Source of the DNA: Zygophlyctis sp. KS116
Taxonomy: Eukaryota > Fungi > Chytridiomycota
DNA length: 32,000 bases
Direction of reading: 5' to 3'
Assembly (NCBI GenBank): GCA_054661495.1
Contig: BAAFSQ010000003.1
Coordinates: forward strand, 1-32,000
Both the position numbers and the translations under genes were made by a program. Shown piece after piece: positions 20,151-31,281 of this stretch. The stretch's first letter is position 1. Every line of letters starts with the position of its first letter. The notes under the pieces were generated by a model, which made no database searches, was not told the DNA's origin, and saw only the letters and a program-made list of their open reading frames with translations.

Positions 20151-22381
20151 TTACGAGAATTGCTGCTGTAGACCATTGTAAAAATTTATGAATGCCTCCT
20201 CCATGAAAGAATCAGAGAATGACATATCTGAGTCTCCTCTGTCTTTTGATAGAAACAGCATGAAAAGATTTTCCTTGTCCTGTGGCAGAGTCCGAAAGCC
20301 CATTAATGAACCGCCACTAATAAAAGCAAGAGTTTCTTCAGCAAGAATAATACTGTATTATGTGAAAATGTTTTTAGAATACCTAACTACCGAATCGTCA
20401 ATAAGTATACTATTTCTAAGGCAAAGCTTTGCGTGTGCTGCTGCCACATGAATTAATTTTTTGAAAGAAATATTGTAGATTAGAGATGAATCAATACTAC
20501 GATTTTTCAGAGCTTCCAAATAAAAATGTAGTACTTGTTCACTTTCAGGAGTTGCAGTAACAGATATTTCTGATGCGATATAGAGGTATTTCTGGAAATC
20601 ATAAAAATCCACTTGTGGATCATGAGCACTAAAATCATCTAGAGATTCATTCAAAACACAGTCAGCCAATTCTTCATCAAAGGCAAAATATGATGAATTA
20701 CAAAGATTTAGTATAATATCAAACCCTGAGATTGATTCCTTGTTTTTAAGTTGCACAAAGTACCTGTAGGTCTTTCCGTTTTACAACATCTGTTGAATAC
20801 GACAATCCCCAAACACATGCAGTCCTAGTATTTTTAGCTTGTTTAATAGCTTCAAAAGTTTTTCGTAAATCTTTTGGTGTATTGATTTGAGCCAAACAAA
20901 CACCATCAGTGAATGGAATTGTTTCATTGACAGTCGTCCGATTCAAAAACCTCTTACAGTTTCCAGCTTTACTCAATATCCTATTTATCAACGGATTATA
21001 AGCATCTGTAACAACCAAAATATTGACATTCATTTGCTGTTTTTGAGTAGGAGAATTCGAGACAAGACTTATGTTTGAATGAAAATTACAATACCTAAGC
21101 AAAAGAGATAATCTCATTTTTCTAAATACTCCTGAAGGAATCCAACCATCTAAAAACATGTCCACAATACTTTGACTTGTTGAATATGGTGAATTATCTG
21201 CTTCAAGTACTTTTTGGATGAAATGTGGCAATTGTACGTCCGACACTCCAAATAAGTCTGTATTATTCAGTAAGTCAAAGACCCCATTAACATGATGTAT
21301 TTTCGTAACATGGTTTGCAATAATCATTGATTCATATTTGCATCTTTGAATATGCTTTCCATCTTTTCGCAAATACTTTCCCTGTACAAATCCAACAACT
21401 TGAATCTGATCACCGACAGTTCCTTCATAAATCAAATTCCCTGATAGTTTAACAATCAAATTATTTGAAAATGCCCCTTTCCGATCAAAAGATTCAATTA
21501 ATATTTCCTTGAACTGATTACAAACACGATCAACCATTGACTCAATCATAACTTGTCCACAATGAGTACATTGAGTATCTGTTCCGAGCAATTCATTCCT
21601 ATAAATATTAAATTTCCAGAATACCTATATTCACAGTATAACAACTTTTGATTCCCAGATCTTTTAATAACCTTTAATCCATTCAATTTCCTTTGAACAG
21701 CAATCATATCTTGATTTCTACATTTAGTATTAACACAAGTAAAAGATGAGCTTAGTAATTCCAGCACAGGTTCCCATTCCTTTGCAATTGTCCCCATAAT
21801 AATAACTGGTTGTTTTTGTATCTCCAGCAATGTCCTCTTTTCAAGCACTAATTTAGATTTCAAGTAGAAACATGATGGTATCCTTTTAAAGCCCAAATTT
21901 AGAAAAAAGTATTCCGGTAAGAGTATAGATTCATCTTGTACCTTTTCCTTGAGAATATTATAACAAGTGCAATTTATATAGTCCAAAGACTCTCCAAACA
22001 TCAATTTATGCCCCCAAAATTCATCATATTCCAGTAAATCACAAACATTAATGTTAATATTCAAATAAAACTTGAAATACTTTCCACAATTTAATGAGTT
22101 TTCACTGCAACTCTTGAAAATACATTCATCAAATGAGTTTTGATGCTTTAAAACAAGATCTTACATGAGAAATTCAACTTACATTCTCTAAATTTATCTT
22201 CTGGACAGATATCAATCTCATACTCTGGGACAGATCTCTCAACGGCTTGAGGATCCAGTAAATTGGATGGGACAGACTCAGACTTTTCATATAGGAACTC
22301 TGATCTCAAGGAATTCAGAGTTTTCTGGGAATTTGAAACTAGTTTCTCAATTAAAATCTCACAAGGAAGACTATTAGACAT
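20151..22381 (-). CDS. MCMDC2: MCM domain-containing protein 2-like (Walker-A-less MCM paralogue), about 699 aa, 5 introns
   Basis: N-terminal FKFYLNININVCDLLEYDEFWGHKL, Zn-finger cysteines (CVNTKC, CTHCG), OB-fold VGDQIQVVG, RLSLLL/SLVS, FDII and LIHVAAAHAKLCLRN. No GDPxxxKS Walker A. Introns are 22160..22182 (23 nt), 21599..21624 (26 nt), 21068..21094 (27 nt, in frame, no stop), 20739..20763 (25 nt) and 20353..20382 (30 nt). Confidence 0.78.
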
Positions 22382-22385
22382 GATT

Positions 22386-23693
22386 TTACTCTCGGAATTC
22401 CTTGTTAAATTCACGTCCGATAATCAGACGTCGGATTTCAGACGTTCCTGCTCCAATTTCATATAATTTTGCATCTCTTAAAAGTCTACCAGTAGGATAA
22501 TCGTTAATATATCCATTTCCTCCTAAACATTGGATAGCATCCAGTGCAACTTCTGTTGCTCTCTCTGCAGAATAAAGAATAACTCCCGCACAGTCCTTAT
22601 TACTGATCATACCTTCATCACATGCTTTTCCAACAGCATAAACATATGCTCTTGATGCATTTAATTTTGTATACATGTCTGCAATTTTCCCTTGCATTAA
22701 TTGAAATTCTCCTATCCTTGTCTTAAATTGCGTTCTTTGATGAACATAAGGTAATACAATATCCATAGCTGCTTGCATAATTCCTAAAGGACCACCAGAT
22801 AATACAAGTCTTTCTAAATCCAATCCACTCATCAATACATAAACTCCTTTTCCTACTTGTCCTAAAACATTTTCCTCTTTCTTTAAAATTTAAAAAGTAC
22901 CTGGTATAATACAGTCTTCAAAGACTAATTCACATGTATTACTACCTCTCATTCCTAATTTATCTAATTTAGGAGATGTAGAAAATCCCTTCATTCCCTT
23001 TTCAACTATAAAAGCTGTAATTCCTTTTGGACCTGCACTTGGATCTGTTTTAGCATATACTACTAAAACATCTGCATCAGGACCATTAGTAATCCAGAAT
23101 TTTGTTCCATTTAGAACATAATGATCTCCCTTCTTTTCTGCCTTTAATTTCATTGATACCACATCAGAGCCTGATCCGGCTTCACTCATTGCTAAAGCAC
23201 CAACATAATGACCTATAATCTTTTTAAAAATCTGTAGATACCTGATATAAGTTTTGGCAAGTATTTTTCCTTTTGCACTTCATTTCCATTCCGAACTATT
23301 TGATTCAAACATAAATTCTAAAATTTTAAATTTTAAATAATTTACTGAATGTGCTCCGTACGATAAAGCAACAGATCCACTTGCCCTAGATATTTCTTCC
23401 ATAACAACTGTATGAGCTAGATATCCCAAATCTACAATTTACTAGATTCTACTACCTTGCCCACCATATTTCTCTGGAGCAGTGATTCCTAATAAACCCA
23501 TATCTCCAAATTTCCTCCACATATCCATTGGGAATTCATTTTCCTTATCAATGGATTGTGCTCTTGGGGCTAATTCCTTTTGTGCAAAATCTTTAACAGT
23601 ATTTTTAAGCTAGATTGAGTGAATTAAAATTACTTGTACAAGATCCGCTGATAGTCCAAAGGTAGAATTGAAGCGAACCAGGCGATTAAACAT
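22386..23693 (-). CDS. IVD: Isovaleryl-CoA dehydrogenase, mitochondrial, about 392 aa, 5 introns
   Basis: [81 protein letters not shown], and a short presequence [10 protein letters not shown]. Introns are 23610..23633, 23432..23455, 23318..23345, 23213..23241 and 22877..22900 (24, 24, 28, 29, 24 nt). Confidence 0.96.
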
Positions 23694-23710
23694 TCTAAAT
23701 CTCCGTTTAT

Positions 23711-23730
23711 AAACTTCCGTCAAACTTCCG
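23711..23730. promoter_or_regulatory. Tandem AAACTTCCG direct repeat in a 53-nt bidirectional promoter
   Basis: AAACTTCCG at 23711..23719 and 23722..23730 (11-nt period) lies between the divergent ATGs at 23693 and 23747. Confidence 0.45.
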
Positions 23731-23746
23731 CTACAAAAATTTAAAA

Positions 23747-24583
23747 ATGCAGAGAATTTCGGACTCAACCATTTCCCTTGGAAGCGACTATAACCAGCCA
23801 TATGCCTCTTCATACACTGCCATGACACGTGTAAAGACAGAGTACTCAAAGCCAGATATCGTCAAGAGTAGTGGGAAATCTGATATTTTTCATCAGTCTC
23901 CAATCGCAGAGTCTGAAAAGAAATCATACCTTGATCGGAATGCATCTACAATATTTTCTAGTGAGCCAATGCCTACTCAAAGACCAGCGAGAAAACGCTC
24001 TGGTTTTGAGTCTAATTCTGATATTTTCTATGACGCAAAGCCAGTAAATCATTATGAAGCAGCGCCATCAGCAGAAGTTTACTATCCATCAGGTCATGAT
24101 ACAATGAATGACTATGAAAAAGTAGAATCTAATAGGCTAGAGTCATTGGCTAATTTTGAAGAGCAATTTAATTTTGAGAAAAGAAGACAAATGCCACCTC
24201 AGCAATCCCATTCGGACATTTTCTCTCATAATGTAGAATCAGCTCCTTCAAGAGGGCGGCGGCATTATAATTCAAGTGGTTCGGCTACAGATATCTTTAA
24301 TGTTTTGAAAAAGGAAGAGATGCCAAGATCTAGAAGAGATGTCCCTCAAATGCCAGATTGGAAATCTGGAAGTTCTTTTTCTAATCTTTTTGGTGGCTCT
24401 GCAGAGTCTATAATGAGTGATAAATCTTATACAAGGCAAAATAGAAATCGTATGGAGCCTTCAATTCTTTCAAGACCTTCAGGTCTATCTTCAGAAGATT
24501 TAAATCGTGATAAGGTTGCCCCAAAAGGACGGCCAACTTATGAAAGATCTCAAGATCAATTTAAATCTCAGATTTGGTTTTGA
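23747..24583 (+). CDS. Low-complexity, probably disordered protein with repeated S-D-I-F-like motifs, 278 aa, intronless
   Basis: Single ORF with an A-rich start context (aaaaATG). Motifs are KSDIF, STIF, NSDIF, HSDIF, TDIF, SNLF and C-terminal KSQIWF. Confidence 0.75.
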   Translation: MQRISDSTISLGSDYNQPYASSYTAMTRVKTEYSKPDIVKSSGKSDIFHQSPIAESEKKSYLDRNASTIFSSEPMPTQRPARKRSGFESNSDIFYDAKPVNHYEAAPSAEVYYPSGHDTMNDYEKVESNRLESLANFEEQFNFEKRRQMPPQQSHSDIFSHNVESAPSRGRRHYNSSGSATDIFNVLKKEEMPRSRRDVPQMPDWKSGSSFSNLFGGSAESIMSDKSYTRQNRNRMEPSILSRPSGLSSEDLNRDKVAPKGRPTYERSQDQFKSQIWF

Positions 24584-24637
24584 TTCATTTGCTCTAAATT
24601 AATGTCAAAAAAGCATTAGTAAATTAAAATGGTTTTC

Positions 24638-27600
24638 TTATCCCAATGTAAAGTTTTTGAGTTGGATTTTTGGTTGTGTGGCACGAGACGCTGGAGCTGA
24701 TCCGCCTACTGTTCCACGATTAGTTTCTTGAGCACTTGAAATGCTTTTAATAGTTTTTTCCAACTTTGCCTTTAGATCGGGAGGTATTCTATAGATTAAA
24801 GTTTTAAATGACTCTTGGTATCGGCTAAGAAGGGATAAAAGGGTCTGGGATAAGCACATATAAATCTGTCGATCACCCATAGAATTGAAACTGGGGATTG
24901 ATGTTCCTTCAGGAAGATCATCAAATAGATCTAGAAAAGTAAGAATGAAAACCATCAGTAAATACTCCTCTAAAGAATTAAATTAAGTAAACGTACGCTT
25001 TTGAGTGTCTTCAAGGAGATGAAGCAATGTTGTAAATACTTTTATACATTCCTCAAATAAGGAAATATCGCCTTCTCCAGATTTTACGCCTTTTCCAATC
25101 TTTACAGCAGTGTCCAAAAATTCGGGAAGGAGTAGTCTACAGCAGCTTGAGCCGGCAGACACAATATCAGAGTCACTATTATTTGATATGCTGCAGATAC
25201 TTTTAATACATTGGACAGAGATAGCTTTAATCTATAGAATTAAATTTCAATCATCAAACCTCTGGAAATTTTAAATTCATTGATTTTAGAAGGATTCTGC
25301 ATAGTTTTTCCTGAGTTTCAACCGTGAAGGCTTCTTTAGGCGTAGTAGTGTACAGAATAGTTACTGCCAGCAAATTATTTTTGATATGGACGACATTCAT
25401 GCTATTGTCTGATCTATGTGTTTATAAAATAATGCATACAAAATTAAGTCATCGAGAACCTCAATAAGACTAATGGCCGATAAATTAAGAGCTTGAGGTG
25501 CGTCTGCATTATCCAGATAATGATTTTTCTTATGCGTATCTAGACAGTTTTTCAAGTTCATAAGAACCTTTGGGGCTACCAAGACGCTAAATTTTTCATT
25601 CATCAAAATCGCTAAAATAAGTATTAAAGCTGAAAATACCAATGTATACGACCAAAGCTAAAGGAAACAACTGCGCCGAATAGACACGTGCAACATTTTC
25701 AGATGTAATTAATGTTGTAAGCGCCAACAGTGCATTGGAAAGAAGTTCTGATGTATCCTTGTTGATATCATGAATACAATATACTAGTTATAAATATCTA
25801 AAAATATACAGGCTGAAGTCGCGTTGTTTACAAAACCCGGAACATAATATAGGAAAACATTGAAAAGAACTTTGATAATTTTGTATAAATTGCTGGAAGA
25901 TTGTATAACGATCATCGCCCCTTCATCTTGGGTATTAATATCTGAACAACTGAAGTCTTGATCTACAAAGTATGAATCTGGAAAGGTCGATATAACCTGG
26001 TTGATAATTTGCATAACCATCAATTGAACTTTAATTCCCTCAGTCTGCATTAAACGGTCCATCACAGTCATTGTTTCCATAAAGATATCCTGTTTCCATT
26101 AGTATAAAATTGTTTTACCTTTGGAATCATCTGCGGGCCCTTTGAAATTTTGTTCAGCAAATTCTGAATGCATTTCAAGCATGAAACAAGACGAGCTAAT
26201 GTTTCCTTTGATTTTTCATCAGAATAATGACCAGACTTTGAAGAGGAGTACGATCCAGCGGCACCAATGTTTGATATGGACTCCATGCAGAGCCCATATA
26301 ATAGATAAAATATCTTGGATTCGTTCACAACTTCGGATGCATTCTTTTCTAAACCTATAGTATAATCTATATCCTTCCTTTGGAGCATTAGAGTCGTCAA
26401 AGCTTCAATAATAATTGTCCATGAATTTTTATAGTACTTCGACATAAATTCTGAAATAATCTTACAGGTAGAACTATCTGCTTTACAGATGCAACATAAA
26501 CATCCATTTTTTTGGAAATAGTTTGATCGGTCCCAAGAAAATCAGTTAAATCCGTTTCCAGGTTGAGTCTTGCGTACTCATATAGAATTGAGGTCCAAGA
26601 TTTCGCCAAAATCGGAAGATTCCTATCTCTTTACTTGAAAGAAAAATTACGGCTCAATGATTGTTTGAAGTTCTGGGAATGTTTGAACGGATAAATACAA
26701 CTCTGCGAACGAAGAAAGAATAGCAACTTTACAAATAAGATTACCGTTGGAAACATTTTTGGACAAATCTACAAAAAATTAAAAATATTAAATTACCTTT
26801 ACATGATATCAAAAGATTATTGATCAATTTTAAAAGTCGGGAAAATGTTGAAATATCTCTATGAATCCCACTACCAATGTAGTGCGCACATACACGACTA
26901 GTAGCAGCAATCAATTCTGGGCCATTTCCATCGTCGAAAGCAGGTGCTAGAGCGGATATTATCTGCGCTTGATACTGCTCAAGTAGCAAATGTCCTTCCA
27001 AATCAGGGTCGAGAACTGGAGAGTATTTCTCAAATTAACTGAAATAAACCTACCTCCAAAATATCTTTAAGCAGAAGAAGACCTTCTAGTTTCAGTTCAT
27101 ACAAATTAGAAGTAATTGTACCAAATGAAACACGTATTAGATCCACAAGTTTGAATAGTAAAAAGTCCGGCATTGTACCTTGTGATATCCCCGCCTCGTA
27201 AGCTTTTCGTGCTAATTTTAAATCATGATCCTCTGGTTTCTGGGATATTTCCAAGATTTTGCGAATACAGAAAATTGCAAATATTTGTGTTTTCCATTTC
27301 GGTAGCAAGCAAAACCCTTTCACAACCAAACCAGCAGTAGGACCATTTGGAGGTTTACTTATTTCATCAGATGATTCTGTTGGAAGGTCTTCTTCAACAG
27401 ACAGTCTTCTTAGCCCCAGAGATTGATTTTCGTTTATTTTTGATGATTCCCCCTTCGTCAAAACATTCTGGCACAAATCTAACCAGGTTGAAGGAGAATC
27501 AGGTCCTGATGCTTTTAAAAGATTCATCAAAATATCTTTAATTTCATCTTGAATCGAAATGTCTGTCTCTCGATCCAATAGTCCGAATAGCTGCTCTTCT

Positions 27601-30600
27601 AGCCGCCCTTCCTTAGCCGCATTCATTACTAAACCGGTATTTCTTTGGGTTAGTTGGTATAAACAATGAACGACAGCCTTTCGAAGCACATTTACCTGGG
27701 AATTATATTCGAGCATTAGCTGGCTCTGAAAAAATGGGACCAAAGATTCAACATGCACTAGTTTCGGATCAAATGTGATAAATTGCTGGACGCACCCAAT
27801 AGCTTCCGAGATGGTCAATGGATTTTCGTCACTCTTAAGTTGTTCATACATAGTATATAAAAGGTCTCGAATCTTTGTAGAAGCTTGCAACTCCGGTCCC
27901 AGTACACAAACAAGAGCTTGTAATATTCTACCAAAAGCTGGAAAGACTTCTGTGTTTCTATCAAAGCTATCAGAATTAGCTGAAATAGAGGTTTCTCCGT
28001 GAGTTTCTGACATGAAAAGTTTAGTTATCAAAGTGAGAGTCGAATGCACATATTGATTAAACATCAGTCCAGCGCTCTCTATTGTGAGCCATATTGAATG
28101 AAGAGCCCATGTGTGAACTAAACAATGAGAATCACTCGACAAAGAATGCAAAATGCTGATGACGTTTTTCAAATTAGGTCCGGAAGCAATTCCACCCACA
28201 TAGCTGCTAATTGTACCCAACGCCAAACAACTTCCAGCACGAACAAAAGGTTCCCGATTATCGACTATTTGATCGATTAGAGATTGAATGATTAAGTTCC
28301 CAAAAGAAACATTATTTGCGACCCTAACTAGTCTAGCAAGTACTTCACAGGCTGCCACTCTCAAGACAGTTTCCTTTTGACCAAGAAACTTTTCAACCAA
28401 ATTCTTGACCAGATTAAGGGATTTATCACTTGATATGGTTCCTTTCTTCATCATAGCATACTTCAAAGCGCCGATTAAAGCAACACAAGAATTAAGCCGG
28501 AGAGAATACATCCTATTCTCGGTTACAAGCGGACCCCCCGGGAAATGTGCATAACGAAGAATTTTTTCGAGTATAGATTCTTGCATTTCCACCGGCTGCA
28601 AAGGAAAAAGGATTGAAAAAAGTTCAATCGCAGAATCACTCAGCAATACAGATGGCTGGTGAGGAAGAGGCTTTCTAATATCTCTACTTAAAAACAAATG
28701 AGCCGGGTCATTTTGTAGAGCTTCAAATCTACTACCAGACGTCTAAAGTTTAAAGATTTCAAATTTACCAAAGAATCTAAATATCCCAAATCTAAATCTG
28801 TAGCTATACTCCTCCCGATTCCACGATCTTCAGCCAATGATTTAGAGGCCACAGAAAAACTTAATCCACTAATCAGAGTTGTCTCAATCGCGACTTCCAT
28901 GGGAGCAGTTTTATCATGAGGGTTATGCACTGATGCCATATATCGATCCATTCGCTCTGGGTCAGGTAAAAACTGCTCAATTAAGAATTTGAGTAACTGA
29001 GGAGCAACAAATTCGTAATGTGCGGGATTGATAGCACTATAACACTGAATTATGCGTGTTTTTATCAATGCTTCCCGATTGACCAAGTCCATTCTAAACG
29101 CATCAGTTGGTACGGTTAATTTTGACTGTATTGAAGCCGTGGTATAAGATACAGGGAACGTTGCCAAAGTTGCCATCATATTGTTTAAAAGTACTACTAC
29201 TCTCTTTGCGACATCTGCAGTAACAAGTTCACCATTGAACGAAAGAAAGGAGTAGAGCGCAGAAAGGGCAGAATACCTGCTAATTAATAAAGAATTCCAT
29301 TCTATTTCCGTTCGAGACGATGATTCCTTTAAATTTGGTTTAGGAAAACTCGATTTCCAAATTAATAGAAGCTGAGAAAGATGCACATTAACAAAATCAG
29401 TACCTAATGTCATCAAAGCCCCGATCAATGACCAAGCTACAAGACTCTGCGCAGCTCCTAGAGCAGACTCTTTGTTTGTCGTAGCGCTCTTGACTAATTG
29501 TGTAGATATTCCGAATACAAGTGCAGCAGATTCAAAAGACACAAAGAGCGGTCTTTTCGGAATAACACAGACCAAGGAAGCCAAAGCATTTCCATAATTG
29601 ATAATTCTATTTAAATTTTCAATCCTATCAATCTGACTAGGCCCAGAATCTCTCTGAAGCAACGTGGCAGCCTTGTTAATCAATCTCATTAATTGATCTG
29701 GTAATGCAATACAAAGACATCGCAAACACCACGACAAGGAAAGATTTACAGATTGAGAAGGATGAGCCAGCAAAATTGCCAATGGATCAATTGCAATATC
29801 TACTATTGAAGAAGCTGCAGGCCCTAAATCTGTCAATAGTGCCCCAATTTCATCAATCACAAATCCCAATTGCAAATCTGATGGCGCAACCTCTTGTACA
29901 CTGACCGCAGGCCATCTTCTTACCCAAGAATTAACAAGTTCCTTTACAGCACCAATCTGTCCTAGTTCTGAAAGATGTTTTCCTAGAGAGTCCCGCAACA
30001 GAAATCTACATGCTGCAACCGTAAAAGCAGAGTCATTTTTATTAGAATTAAGTTTTGTAAGACTTAATAAACTAATAATCTTATTTACAATGACCCCATA
30101 TGACTGTTCCAAAAAGCTAATATCAAAATTACGTAAAAGAAACGCAAAAGCTTCAAAAAGCGCGACTTTAACATCTTTAGCTCCTGTTTTTCCAAATAAA
30201 TTTGACAAAACACTAAACATTTCATCTACCGACAATATTGACTTGTCTAAATACTCTTGAACTGGAGAAGAGGTAGTAGGACCAGAAAAAAATGGTAATT
30301 TCAATCCTTTACTTTCCTTTATAGCAGGCTGATTTCTTTGAGAAATTGATAAAATAAAACCCATAACTTTTGCCAATTCCCTTCTTATTTCTGAATCTGC
30401 CCCTTCTAAAGGTTTTAAAAAAAGACCTAGAGTATATTCATACTCATCAAATTTTAGAGGAGGAGTAGCCTCTGTAAACCTATAAATAGCTTCATACAAC
30501 TTTTAAAATTATAAAAAAAATATATACTCTTGCCGCAGAAATCTTTATACACGGATATTTATCTGATAATCCATATTTTGCAAATTTAAACAAATCCTTT

Positions 30601-31127
30601 AGCATAACATCAGTCACACCCTTCCCTGCTCCTTTTATAGAATTTGTAAGAGCCTTTAAAGCCTCTACTCTAGTAGACAAATCCAAATCCTTGACGCCTT
30701 TAAGTATTTTTACGAGTAAATTTATAGTTTCTGGAAATAAAGATAATAATTTTGACCCATGATGACAAGTCATACAACCTATTGTATGTACTAGAGCCAA
30801 TTTAACCTGAGCATCCTTACTAGAAACTCCATTTAATTGATTTTGTAACCAAACAAAAGAATCAAATAAACTCCTTGGATCTCCTTGTTTATAAATAAGA
30901 ACCAGACAACGAGCCAATACTTTTCTAGAAGCATAATTTGGCCTTGGTTCAGCGATATGAAAATTCAATAATACTTTTTCCAAGTCTGACTGATACGGTT
31001 TGAGAATGTGATTTGGAGTTTTCTCTAAATCTTTTTCTAAATTTGACAAGTATTGAAAGAGAAACATTTCTTTTTTTTCTAGACTTTCATTTGGATTATT
31101 TAAAACTCTCTCGTCAAAGGAAAACAT
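24638..31127 (-). CDS. LAA1: HEAT repeat-containing protein 5 / Laa1 (AP-1 accessory protein), about 2053 aa, 12 introns
   Basis: LFQYLSNLEK, GDPRSLFD, VHLSQLLLIWK, VHTWALHS, PKWKTQIFA and DPDLEGHLLLEQYQAQIISALAPAF. Introns: 30500-30527, 28743-28768, 27029-27053, 26769-26796, 26623-26650, 26437-26465, 26090-26118, 25784-25809, 25612-25639, 25414-25439, 25232-25259, 24970-24996. Spliced length is 6162 nt = 2054 codons. Confidence 0.93.
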
Positions 31128-31197
31128 TTAAAAATCCGAAATTTTTAGAATTTTAAAATTGAACGCAAACAGAAAAAGTATTTTCTTTGTACGCGTT

Positions 31198-31281
31198 TAC
31201 TCTACACTGGTAACCTAGTGTAGGTCGTATAGTCTAGTCGTATACTCTACACTAGGTTACAAGTATCGCGTATAGTCGTAT
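31198..31281. repeat. Nested inverted/direct repeat element
   Basis: Perfect 14-bp inverted repeat GTAACCTAGTGTAG (31210..31223) / CTACACTAGGTTAC (31247..31260). TACTCTACACT is directly repeated at 31198 and 31243. GTCGTAT occurs three times (31225, 31237, 31275). Confidence 0.8.

Noticed and set aside
20151-22381. Replicative MCM2-7 subunit or MCM8/9
   Set aside because: It lacks the Walker A (GDPxxxKS), Walker B (IDEFDKM) and SRFD arginine-finger motifs that active MCMs retain.
1027-29904. Short antisense or alternative-frame ORFs in the track (e.g. 1027..1335, 1812..2075, 3721..4023, 5143..5340, 7739..7957, 20188..20451, 23610..23849, 27347..27541, 29704..29904)
   Set aside because: They are shadows of well-supported genes, with no recognisable motifs, and many start at non-ATG codons.
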